NCBI RefSeq assembly: GCF_964355755.1
Contig: NC_092672.1
Coordinates: 6,324,001 to 6,388,000, forward strand
Length of the DNA stretch: 64,000 nucleotides
Origin: Antedon mediterranea
Taxonomy: Eukaryota; Animalia; Echinodermata
Reading direction: 5' to 3'
Shown in pieces: positions 52,692 through 63,587 of this stretch. Under the pieces are notes generated by a model, which saw nothing but the letters and a program-made list of their open reading frames with translations, was not told the origin of the DNA and did no database searches. Position 1 is the first letter of the stretch, and each line of letters begins with the position of its first letter. Both the position numbers and the translations under genes were made by a program.

Positions 52692-53794
52692 TCAAACGTA
52701 TTCAGACAACTATTCTTTGTATTTACCAGTACAAATTTCTATTCAACTCTCAACTGAGCCTACTAACAGGTAGCAGTCATCACATGTATCAATATACAAG
52801 TATTCTGGCAGGCATTGAGCCTATGGCAATATTATAAAACCTAAGTGTATGCCTAAAGTCAATGCTAATGTCTTTACCAGAACAAACCCTGGATTAACAA
52901 TATGCAGGTTCAACAAAACTTCAACTAAGACCCAGAAACTTTTAAACCTTTTTGCATCAGCCTCTCCACAATTGGCCAGTTCCAAAGCAAGTTGCCTGTA
53001 TATTTTTTGTAGGAGGAATCTCAAACCATATTTACCCCCCTTTTTTTAATCATTTCTACACTCAGGGGCAACTCTACCACATAACTAATTACCCAATCAA
53101 ACCATATTTATCCTCTTATTTTGTAATTTATACACTCTAACTAATTACTTTGCACAATGCCACACAGGAGGTTAACCTGAAAAATCAAATTCAAGAAAAC
53201 TTTATTATTAACCAAATTAAAAGGGTTATTTGATCTGCATGAAATGTATTACATTTTTCAGCCATATTTTGTCTTTAATTATTATTGAAAAGAAATGATA
53301 AAATGTATATAAATTATAAAATCCAAGTATATAGTAAGTTATTCAAATATGAAATGTTAAAGGGTACTTAGTACTGTACATAACTTTAGGTGTCTTTGTA
53401 TTGTTTTGATAATAAAATATTGATGTTGAAAATAAAACTTTTTTGGTCATTTTTTACACTATTAAATAACATATTCAAACAATATTTTAAATCTGTTTTT
53501 TCTTTATATACACATATTTCACATTTTGTACAATATATTTAAAATGCTAGCAGATGATGAGAAGGAAGCCACTAAAATTCCAGTGTCATACCTTAGACTT
53601 GCCGGGGGACTCGTTTCATCACCGAACTACTGTGACCATACTTTTTTAAAATTTTATTTTTATTATATATTTAGGCAAATTGCCAAGGATAACTATATGC
53701 GAATTCATTCACTATTCTTCTTAAAGGTGGCAATCCTGTTCACAAGACAAACATATACAAGATGCTCTACATAAACAAAGTCTTATTACAAGTC

Positions 53795-53910
53795 TTTGGG
53801 AGTGGAGTGGTAATTTGTCATTAGAATAAATCCTGACATATTACAGGACTTGAACCCAGGACCCTTGAATTGGTAGCCAAGCATCATAACCACCAAGCCA
53901 CAACTCCACT
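53795..53910 (-). mobile_element. tRNA-derived SINE related to family C, partial
   Basis: On the - strand: GTGGAGTTGTGGCTTGGTGGTTA..GGGTTCAAGTCC head. Confidence 0.6.
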
Positions 53911-54180
53911 CCGATATTCTGTCTATCCGTTTTCAGTGTCATGGCATGGCTATTAGTGGGGTGGGGTCATGGGAGTAGGGTGTTCACCCTTTGGAGGGTT
54001 TGGGATAATGTGCTGACATTCTGGTGCAATATTTATTATAACACCATACATCACATCTATCTACTGAGGATGCTTCTTTGTCTTTTTTGCTTCTTTTTGT
54101 TTATTTTGATGTTTCCTATTTTTTTTTATATACATTTTCTTTTCTTATCTAAAACACGTTTTTTCGTCTCATTTAATCTT

Positions 54181-57100
54181 CTAAGATATTTTGGGGTGGA
54201 CATGAATATATTTTTTATTTTTCTTCTTTTTGGATTTGCTAACATTTTGGTCTTCAACGTCATCTTGTTTTATTGAATCCATACATTCTATATTACTAAC
54301 ATTTTCTATAGGGCAATTTGAAGACTTATTGCCATTTATATCACCTTTCTTTTTTTTCTTCTTTTTCATCTTTTGTTCTATCAACACTGGTGCATCATCA
54401 ACTTTGTTTTTTCGGTCAGAATCAGACGTGTTTAAGCTAGGTGTCTCACATGCTAACTTGCTGCCTTCTTTAAGCACTTGAAAACCATCAACCACTACCG
54501 AACTTAGACGTATATTCTCTTCTTCAGAATCACTAAAATATATTTGAAAAAATTAATAATTGATAAGAAAACAATACATTTATTATTTCTACATAATTAA
54601 AAAAAATACACCCAGAAAATACCACTGGTTTTTCATTTTTTTTATCTATTTTAACAAATAATATTTTGTTTTTAAAGTAAAATAGTAGTGGAGCTGTAGC
54701 TTGGTGGTTAACATGCTTGCCTTCCAATCCCAAGGTGCAGGGTTCAATCCTGACCTAGGATGTAAGGAATGACTCTTTTAACTCCATTCCCTAAGCCTCA
54801 AATGAGACTAAGTTTATAAGCATGATAAATTATAAAATAGTTTATCCATCCTGTAATTGGTGAGTTACTCGCTGTTGGATGCGTATGAAATAAAAAAGCT
54901 GGGGTGTCCTCTGAAGAGAGGTTGGGTGCATGTATTGCATTTCCCCTTGTTCTTTTAATAGAAAGTGTACCCTGAATAGAGGTGTTCACTGAATAGGGGT
55001 GTACCCTTAATAGAGGTGTTCACTGAATAGGGGTGTACCCTTAATAGAGGTGTTCACTGAATAGTGGTGTACCCTTAATAGAGGTGTTCACTGAATAGGG
55101 GTGTACCCTTAATAGAGGTATTCACTGAATAGGGGTGTACCCTTAATAGGTGTTCACTGAATAGGGGTGTACCCTGAATAGAGGTGTTCACTGAATAGGG
55201 GTGTACCCTTAATAGAGGTGTTCACTGAATAGAGGTGTACCCTTAATAGGTGTTCACTGAATAGAGGTGTACCCTTAATAGAGGTGTTCACTGAATAGGG
55301 GTGTACCCTTAATAGAGGTGTTCACTGAATAGGGGTGTATCCTTAATAGAGGTGTTCACTGAATAGGGGTGTACCCTTAATAGGTGTTCACTGAATAGAG
55401 GTGTACCCTTAATAGAGGTGTTCACTGAATAGGGGTGTACCCTTAATAAAGGTGTTCACTGAATAGGGGTGTACCCTTAATAGAGGTTTTCACTGAATAG
55501 GGGTGTACCCTTAATAGGTGTTCACTGAATAGGGGTGTACCCTTAATAGAGGTGTTCACTGAATAGGGGTGTACCCTTAATAGAGGTGTTCACTGAATAG
55601 GGGTGTACCCTTAATAGAGGTGTTCACTGAATAGAGGTGTACCCTTAATAGAGGTGTTCACTGAATAGGGGTGTACCCTTAATAGAGGTGTTCACTGAAT
55701 AGGGGTGTACCCTTAATAGAGGTGTTCACTGAATAGGGGTGTACCCTTAATAGAGGTGTTCACTGAATAGGGGTGTACCCTTAATAGAGGTGTTCACTGA
55801 ATAGAGGTGTACCCTTAATAGAGGTGTTCACTGAATAGGGGTGTACCCTTAATAGAGGTGTTCACTGAATAGGGGTGTACCCTTAATAGAGGTGTTCACT
55901 GAATAGGGGTGTACCTTAATAGAGGTGTTCACTGAATAGGGGTGTACCCTTAATAGGTGTTCACTGAATAGGGGTGTACCCTGGTGTTCACTGAATAGGG
56001 GTGTACCCTTAATAGGTGTTCACTGAATAGGGGTGTACCCTGAGTAGGGGTGTACCCTTAATAGAGGTGTACCCTTAATAGAGGTGTTCACTGAATAGGG
56101 GTGTTCACTGAATAGGGGTGTACCCTTAATAGAGGTGTTCACTGAATAGGGGTGTACCCTTAATAGGGGTGTACCCTTAATAGAGGTGTTCACTGAATAG
56201 GGGTGTAAAAAAGGAGGGGTCTATTGTAAACGAACAAATGTGTTGTTATAATTATTATTACGCATAGGCATTTAGGTATTTCTCATTCCCATTTATGAAA
56301 GATTATATGTCTCAAAGGACCGGTTATACTGTATTGAATGATAAATATATTAAAGACTAAATTAGCAAAGAATAAACTGTTTTATACCTGGAGCTGGCTA
56401 TCCTCTTCCTTTGAGGAGCTTTAGGTAAGGGTGGCGACATCAACCAACCAACAGGTTGTGAAGTAGAAAATAGAAGTAAACCTACGGGCAACAATAACAA
56501 AACAATTCAAGGTATGTTGAATTGTGTGCTGTAAGTTTGTTTAAAAACACTTTAACAATAATAATAGTTCATTCTTATATATTGTAACGCTTATAAGCAA
56601 GCTCTCAATGCGCTGCACATTATTACCCTGGTCATTTTGGATCAAACACTGGAAACATATTCCCATAATAATAAAGTTGGGTCTTGATCTAGCTGGTACC
56701 CATTTTATACACCTGGGTGGAGAGAGGCAAATGTAAGCAATGCGGCAAGAGTCTCACAATCAGTAATCCCACGTCAAACGCCACACGCCCTCACAATGTA
56801 AGTACACAATACTTGATCATCCGCAAGAAACAAATTTACAAACATAAGGACATGTATAAATTCAACTCCATTTGGAATTATTTTCAGCCACTACAATATT
56901 GATTGTGTATAAATTTGAATTAGCATCTACCAGCCACAATGTGGTGATACATAAAAAAAATTTAAATAAACACTAGATTCACCATCTAAGACAGCGAATT
57001 GTGGGATAATACAAGGTTAACATTTAAAGACACTAGACTTGCAATTGTTGACGTTTTGTAAAATTTATGCATATATATTTAAAAACATTAAACCAGGTAA

Positions 57101-60100
57101 TTTCTTGTCTTGTGTGTGCGTTATAAGGTTAATTATGATAAAAAGATTAAACAATGCACTAGCTCGCGTCGTAAGTTCTCTCGTCGACGTTTCTAGGCCT
57201 AGCTTAGTTTTGTAGGCCTAGTTTTGTAGGCCTAGATGGTAAAGAGTGGTAACGTACGAACATCACACGCTAGCTATATATTTAGCCTGATGTTGTCTCA
57301 TTGCTGAATTAATTGTCTTTCCTATTTTGGCAGAATCCGTTAATATAAATTGGGCAAGACCTGGTATTTTCCTTGAAAAGTTATGGTGCTTTTTATTTGT
57401 TTACCTTTCACACGATCAATCGAAGTGGGTGCATCACATCACAATATGAAAATATTGAATGAATGAATACACTGTATGAATAATCCGTGCGCGATGCATG
57501 TTGTAATTTATAGCGGGCCGCTAAAATGATTAGAATCAATTATTTTTAACCATTTAAAGATGAAAAAAAGTATCGCAATAGGTCTATAAAGTATTTATTT
57601 TTATATAAAATGTAGCAAGTCCCCTTAAATAAAGTAAAAAAAACATATGGCTAGTGACTACTAGGTCTAAATACATACCTTCATTTTCTGATGTCCCCAA
57701 CGTCAGTCTTTCCGTTTTGTTGACTGAATATGTTTTAATTGTGCTGTAAAAATAAATAACATCATAGCTCATCGAAAATAGTTGTTATATAAATAATATA
57801 TGACTATAGAAGAAGTGCAGGATTATATATTATATTACACAGTCAATATCATCGTTCTCGAGGATATATACGATTTACGATCCTCGCAGCGGTAGTCATG
57901 TGATGCAGTTTCAACCAATCACGTTCGCGTATTTACATAGGCTATGTAATATACACACATACAATATATATTATAATTCTTGCATTTTGATTAGGATTTC
58001 AAATTCAATCGGCTAGTGAGGCCTTTTGCTGTACCTGCCAGTTTGTCTGAGGCTTACTGAACATAATAATTTATTGGAACACCATCATTTACATCGATGC
58101 ATGTGACATGCTCATAAGCTTTGCGTTCATATATAACGTACAAACAAGACAGGAACAACCAATATAATACTGTAAGATAAACAAACACGCAGATGGAACT
58201 GCAAAATAATGTTATGTAAGCAAGTAAATGACGTTGGATGATATTACCTATCCAGAAACGTTTCTAGTTTCTTAGCAACATGTTTCTGAAAACCTGGAGT
58301 GACTAGGAGACTTCTATAATCATCATCAGTTGAATCTTCAATGTTTTCTCTAAAAAAAGATAGGAAAAAAGAAAACTTAAAATTAAGAATTTTAAATAAA
58401 TGCTTAGAATCTTGCTACTTAAAAGATGTATTGTCCCACAAAAACATAAAAAATGATTTTGCAGTTTTAATTAAAAAAAACATTATTATAATTATTTCAC
58501 AATTATTTTTGCTTGTATTGTTTTTCTGGATTTGGAGAGACACGCCCTTTGCCCTCAGTTGTCTTCAACAGCTCCATTGACACTGACGTTACGATTAAGT
58601 GATGCATTATATAAAACGGCTGCAACACAAAGTTTACTGTGCATTGACAAAGACTGGAACAAGTTAATAATACCTAAGAGATTTCTTTTCTACTTGTACC
58701 ACCAACTTCTGGAATTCTTTTTTCTCTAGAATAGAAAATTTTGAAAATTGCAGTTAACATATTTATAAAACAAAGTCATTTTTTTTATTTTATGTCAATT
58801 CAATTGCTTATATGTATGACATATTTTGCAAAATGTTGTGTTACTTTTTTATGCTAACAATGAGTTGCTTTCAGTTTCATTTCAACTAGGCCCTAGCCCT
58901 AGGTCGATGTTGCGCAAACTATGGGCTGCAGCCAAAATTAGGGCCGCAGAGTTTTTTTGAAGGGCTGCAAGATGGATTGGTCAGAAAAATCACAAGCAGA
59001 GGAAACAGGCATGCGAAAATGGATGAGTGCACTAAATACAAAACAGCGCAACGCAATAAAACCCCATCTAAACCCGATTGAATATGCGACCATGGAGGTA
59101 TTTATTTTATACCTCCATGATGCGACGTACGACCAATGATGATAAAAAGCATAGGTAGCTAGTGGCGCACCATACACAATCCGAAAGTTTATTTTATTGC
59201 GAACAAAATAAAACGTGATCTTCTGAATTATAGAATAGATTAGAATGGCTAGAAAAATTGAAACGTGAAGATTAAAAACAATAATATCGTCGTCATCCAC
59301 CACAATTTGGACCCAATCATTTCTGGTCCCCAGGCCTATATCGTCTTAAAACCTTGTTGGGGCCGATCGTCTCACACTTTGTGGACGGTCGTCTGTTCCT
59401 AGTAGCAGTAGGGCCTAGCCTAGTAGTAGACTAGTAGCAGTAAGTACGTAGGGGCCTAGAAGGAAGGCCTAAGGCTTAGACTAAGCATGGAGGGGATATG
59501 ACCGGTTGGGCCGCCGACAAGTTGAGCCGCCGGTAATTTCTATGAAACGCCCAGTGCGTCTTTTACGACATTTCGCGTAGTGATAGAGGGGTTTCCTAGT
59601 ACATAAGTTCATGGTCTTTAGGTTTATTGTGTCATGAAAATAAATAATAATTACATACTACAATTTTGTTGGTTTGAACCGCCATAACAACACAGCAAAG
59701 GAAAGTAGTCATATTTAATAATTTAATTGTTTTTAATCTTTCAAGGTAAAAATGCAGTGCACTCCATAATATTTTTCTCGCGTAAAATCACGTTGTCTCT
59801 CAGGACTAATAAGTAATAGAGTATTGATACTCTTCGAATGAGGTTAAATAATTATTATTTTTTATCTACTATCTTTTAATATCATATTTGATTGAATTTT
59901 ACAATGTTAATACACAGAATATTTTACTAAAAAACGGTGATTTTATGCAATTATTTTACCGAAAAATGGAGTAGGCCTAGTTCATACAACTGCCGCCTAA
60001 GGGGGAAACATGTTTACGTCATTTTTGGCTAAAAACGATCACTTTCGGTCATGTTTTAGGCCTTATATTTTGGAATCTACAAACAAGTCAGATATTCATA

Positions 60101-60602
60101 ATTATTTCTCTTTAATTATAATATTTAATAATATATACTAAAAACCGTGATATATAAACTTTGGAATATACATCGTTATTATATCTAATAATTAATATAA
60201 ATAGAACTTCTATTAAATAGAAACGAGCACCGGCGAAAGTAAGCATTTGGCGTTTCATAGAAAATAACGTTTTTCTGGCGGCGGCTCAACTTGTCGGCGG
60301 CTCAACTTGGCCTAATCCGCATGGAGGTATAAACTCCATGGACTAAGGCCCTCTACTAGCCTCTAGCTAGCCTAGCCTAGCTAGGCCTAGGCCTAAACAA
60401 AACAACACGTGAATGGAAATTCTAATCTATTTTAGTTACACCACAAGAAAAGAAACTAAATGGCACCACTAAATGTTAGTAATTTAATCACTAACATACT
60501 ATTAACATATTTAGGTGAAAAATCGTGTTTCCAAACTGCAGATGTCAGCTTTTCTTGTTCATCATTATCCGTCTCATCTGACGATGAAATCGAATCAGCC
60601 AT
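54181..60602 (-). CDS. C12orf43: Protein CUSTOS (C12orf43 ortholog), complete, 255 aa
   Basis: Exons (-): 60602-60500, 58725-58674, 58349-58248, 57743-57679, 56481-56388, 54532-54181 (768 nt, open frame, GT-AG). Motifs match CUSTOS: acidic N-terminus MADSISSSDETDNDEQEKL, SLR, TPGFQKHVAKKLETFLD, GLLLFSTS, RKRIASSSDSEEE, Lys-rich C-terminus. Tail-to-tail with HNF1 as in vertebrates. Confidence 0.88.
54687..54897 (+). mobile_element. tRNA-derived SINE, family C, full length
   Basis: A box TAGCTTGGTGG, anticodon-loop-like TTCCAAT, B box GGTTCAATCC, 3' GCGTATGAAATAAAAAA; three further copies in the window. Confidence 0.8.
54965..56207. repeat. 34-bp satellite (dimer of 17-mers, ~36 copies) in CUSTOS intron 5
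   Basis: Unit GTGTTCACTGAATAGGG+GTGTACCCTTAATAGAG, highly homogeneous; followed by GGAGGGGTCTATTGTA (MITE-like terminus). Confidence 0.95.
56555..56735 (-). mobile_element. Meta-domain-like SINE fragment with an L2-type tail
   Basis: On the - strand: CTCTCCACCCAGGTGTATAAAATGGGTACC core and tail GCAGCGCATTGAG..AAGCGTTACAATATAAG..TATTATTATT. Confidence 0.6.
59494..60318. mobile_element. Non-autonomous Mutator(MULE)-like element (825 bp)
   Basis: Perfect 9-bp TSD GCATGGAGG (59485-59493, 60319-60327); GGAT-starting imperfect TIRs sharing GCCGCCGACAAGTTGAGCCGCC and TTTCTATGAAACGCC. Confidence 0.85.
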
Positions 60603-60836
60603 ATTTCGCTCGCTGTGTGAATGACCGGCGAACGAAACGTAAACAACGTGCGCAAATCGAATGAGCAATCCGCGATTTTTGCATTGGAAATTTGTAGCGC
60701 TTTTAACAGCGCATGGGTGCCCGCCCTCACACGAGTGGATGAATACAGACGAAAGAATACTTGATTTTTAAATAGATCACATGAATTATGATAAAAATAT
60801 AATATATTTTCTTATATTTTTTTAATTTATTTTATT

Positions 60837-61560
60837 TTATGTCTTTAGGCAATGTGGCCAAGGATTTTTTTAAACCATATATACAATTTTACAAACTATT
60901 GTACATTCAATTCTAGAAATTTTTTTTACCACAAAGAAAGTAACAACAAAAATCAACCATGCGTTATTACTCAGATGGCCTATTTCTTCTTTATCTTTGC
61001 CATTGCCGCGTACTATTTACGCTCGGTAAATTAAGTAGGCCTAATGTTTTTATGATATAAAGTAGTATAAAATACAATGTTATCTTTTTTTTTAAAACCA
61101 GAAACAACTTACAAATAGAAATATTATTAAACTATCCTTCGTGAAAACAGAGAGGTAATATGAAACTTACGTCAGCAACAACGCGCCCGGCGGCCCAGAG
61201 TAGTTGACGTGAACTGTCTATTCGGCAGTTTTTTACTAAATAAATTACATAAAACGAACAATTAAATATCCAAATAGCATTTAATAGTTAGCATGTAGTT
61301 GCAGATAAGATTGTTTATCATGAAAACACTACCGGTGGTCCAGGCTTAGATGATTAGTGTGACCGTCACGTCACAAAAAGTTTTATACATCCTGACTTAT
61401 GGCGGCGCCCTACCGCATGGACAATAATTACTGTTACAGGGAAACCCGCCGATTACTCATTCTTGTGATAAAAAAAATTTCTAGAATTGAATGTACAATA
61501 GTTTGTAAAATTGTATATATGGTTTAAAAAAATCCTTGGCCACATTGCCTAAAGACATAA
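60837..61560. mobile_element. Young MITE with perfect ~92-bp TIRs
   Basis: 60837-60928 is the exact reverse complement of 61469-61560; TA/TWA-type flanks. Confidence 0.9.
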
Positions 61561-61703
61561 TTCTTTGCTGCTCTGGATTACAAATAAACAACGGGGGAGT
61601 GGTACAGTAGTAAAACAATAGGAGCAAAGAACCTATTATTATGGGAAGCAGGTAGGCCTATATTTTCTTATTATTTATCATATATATTTTGGCGTATATA
61701 TAA

Positions 61704-63152
61704 CTAGCAATTATACCCGCCCCCCCAGGGCGGGTTTCAAAATTAGTTTACAGCCTTCTCAGTACATAACACCCGACGCCAGTATCTGTCTATACTCACC
61801 AACATCCACCCCTCAATAACACCCCATACTCTTTCTTAAAAACAAAATCTTCCCAGTGATGGACAAATTCAATTCAACCTAAGCTTCGAATTGAGAGGAG
61901 TATTCATAACTACGATGGGTCTAATAATGGTTGTAGTACGTTGTAAATTGTGTAAATGAATAGGTGTCATATTGGCTGATAATTAAAATTTGTAATTTAG
62001 ATACTGCGGGCACCCAGCCTTCTTTCTCCTTTCACCACCCCAGCCACCATCAACAAACCTTAACTCCTCCCCTGGACAGTTCAAATGTAGTAACTTTTCC
62101 TAGTACAATCCAATCATATAGGCTACTTCATTACGCTAGTGTTTTCGCTCCTCCTCCCCCTACAAAAAACACACCCCAGATACACTGGGTGATCTGTTGA
62201 AGCCGCTTACAGTACAATTTATATTATTATCACTCCCAACCCATAATCCCTCAGTGGCAGTTTTCAAATGTAGTTTAAAACATTCCAAATACAGTTTCGG
62301 TCATGGTGATAGGCCTACATGTACATCCCCACCCCAAACTCCCATCCACTTCCCAGGGATGATTAAATACTTTAAAAGTTTCCAACCACAATTCTGGTGT
62401 AAGCAAAATCCCCACTTTCTCCTGAAACCAAACTCCCAAACCCTATCTCCCAACCCCACTCTCCCACAATGTACGTTTTTTCCCTTGGAGGATTGGTGAT
62501 GTAGTTGAACACAGTAACAGTAAACAACATGTGTATGTTCACACAGGTATGGATGTCTGTAATGAGGCAATCCAAGAGACCAATAAATAGCTGGATACTT
62601 GCTAAATGTGTAATTGAATAGGTGTCATATTGTTTAATGAATAAAATTTGTATATCTATCTATATTTCCCCAAACGCCTTGCTGAGGATAATTCAAATAC
62701 TGTAAAACTTTTGTAGTATAATTTTACAATTCGATAGACTACAACCCCGAGCCCTAGCAAAAATGACATCACAAACCACCACACAACCACCCCCCCCCCC
62801 CCCCCACCCATTTCACAAAAACCCCAGCAGTCGGGGGAATTTTTTTTTTAATGTAGTTTAAAACCTTCCGGGTACAATTGCCATCATTTTGATACCCCAT
62901 ACGTATGGTTACGTGCAGACACAGAAATTTTTAGAACGAACAAACATCGAAAGTGGGGGTTTTGACCACATTTTGGTCCCTAACTTGGATCCTAGGTGGC
63001 GGATGATGTTGAAATATAGCTTAGAACATTCCCGGTACAATTGCGGTCATTTTGATACCCCATATGTAAGATTATGTGCAGTAACAAAATTTTGTATAAC
63101 GAACAAACAGACAAACAAACAAACAGACAAACTCTCTCACTTATAATATAGA
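61704..63152 (-). mobile_element. Non-autonomous Helitron (~1.45 kb)
   Basis: On the - strand: 5' TCTATATTATAA, a (GTTT/GTCT) microsatellite, 3' GC hairpin ACCCGCCC..GGGCGGGT (61715-61735) then CTAG; inserted between A and T with no TSD; internal duplicated blocks. Confidence 0.85.
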
Positions 63153-63587
63153 TAAAGGTTCAGTCGGTTCATTCTATCATTGATGATGATGAGTGCGTGA
63201 GGGAGGAGAAGAGCTGCTGAGTGAGTGAGAGTGGTGGAAGAGAGCAGCAGCAGTACTACTAAAAAAATGTGGGGAGGAGAATGCTGAGTGAGGTTGAATT
63301 GCCGAGGAGAAAGGGTACGGGTAATGGGTGGTGATGTGAGTTAATGTTACCACATGAATGAATGAATGATGGATAGTCGTTGTGACTGGACCACTACTAC
63401 TACATTTGCTTACCAAATTGTGAAACTGATGGTTCCAGTAGCGAGTCAAAGTTGGAGCAGATGATAATTTGGGTTTTAAAAATAAATTTTAAAAACACAA
63501 TTAAATTCTTTTCATAATCTACAGTACTCAATTAATTTTTCAGACTAAGGATTGAATGATACCCACCAAATCTATTCATCAGTTAGA

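Noticed and set aside
53941-54481. Hydrophobic + strand ORFs (111 aa and 83 aa)
   Set aside because: Antisense shadow of the A/Lys-rich CUSTOS last exon and UTR.
54965-56207. CRISPR-like array of ~34-bp repeats
   Set aside because: Units are directly adjacent with no unique spacers and no cas genes; it is a satellite in a eukaryotic intron.
63177-63449. His/Ser-rich minus-strand ORF
   Set aside because: Derived from purine-rich low-complexity sequence; no splice or homology support.
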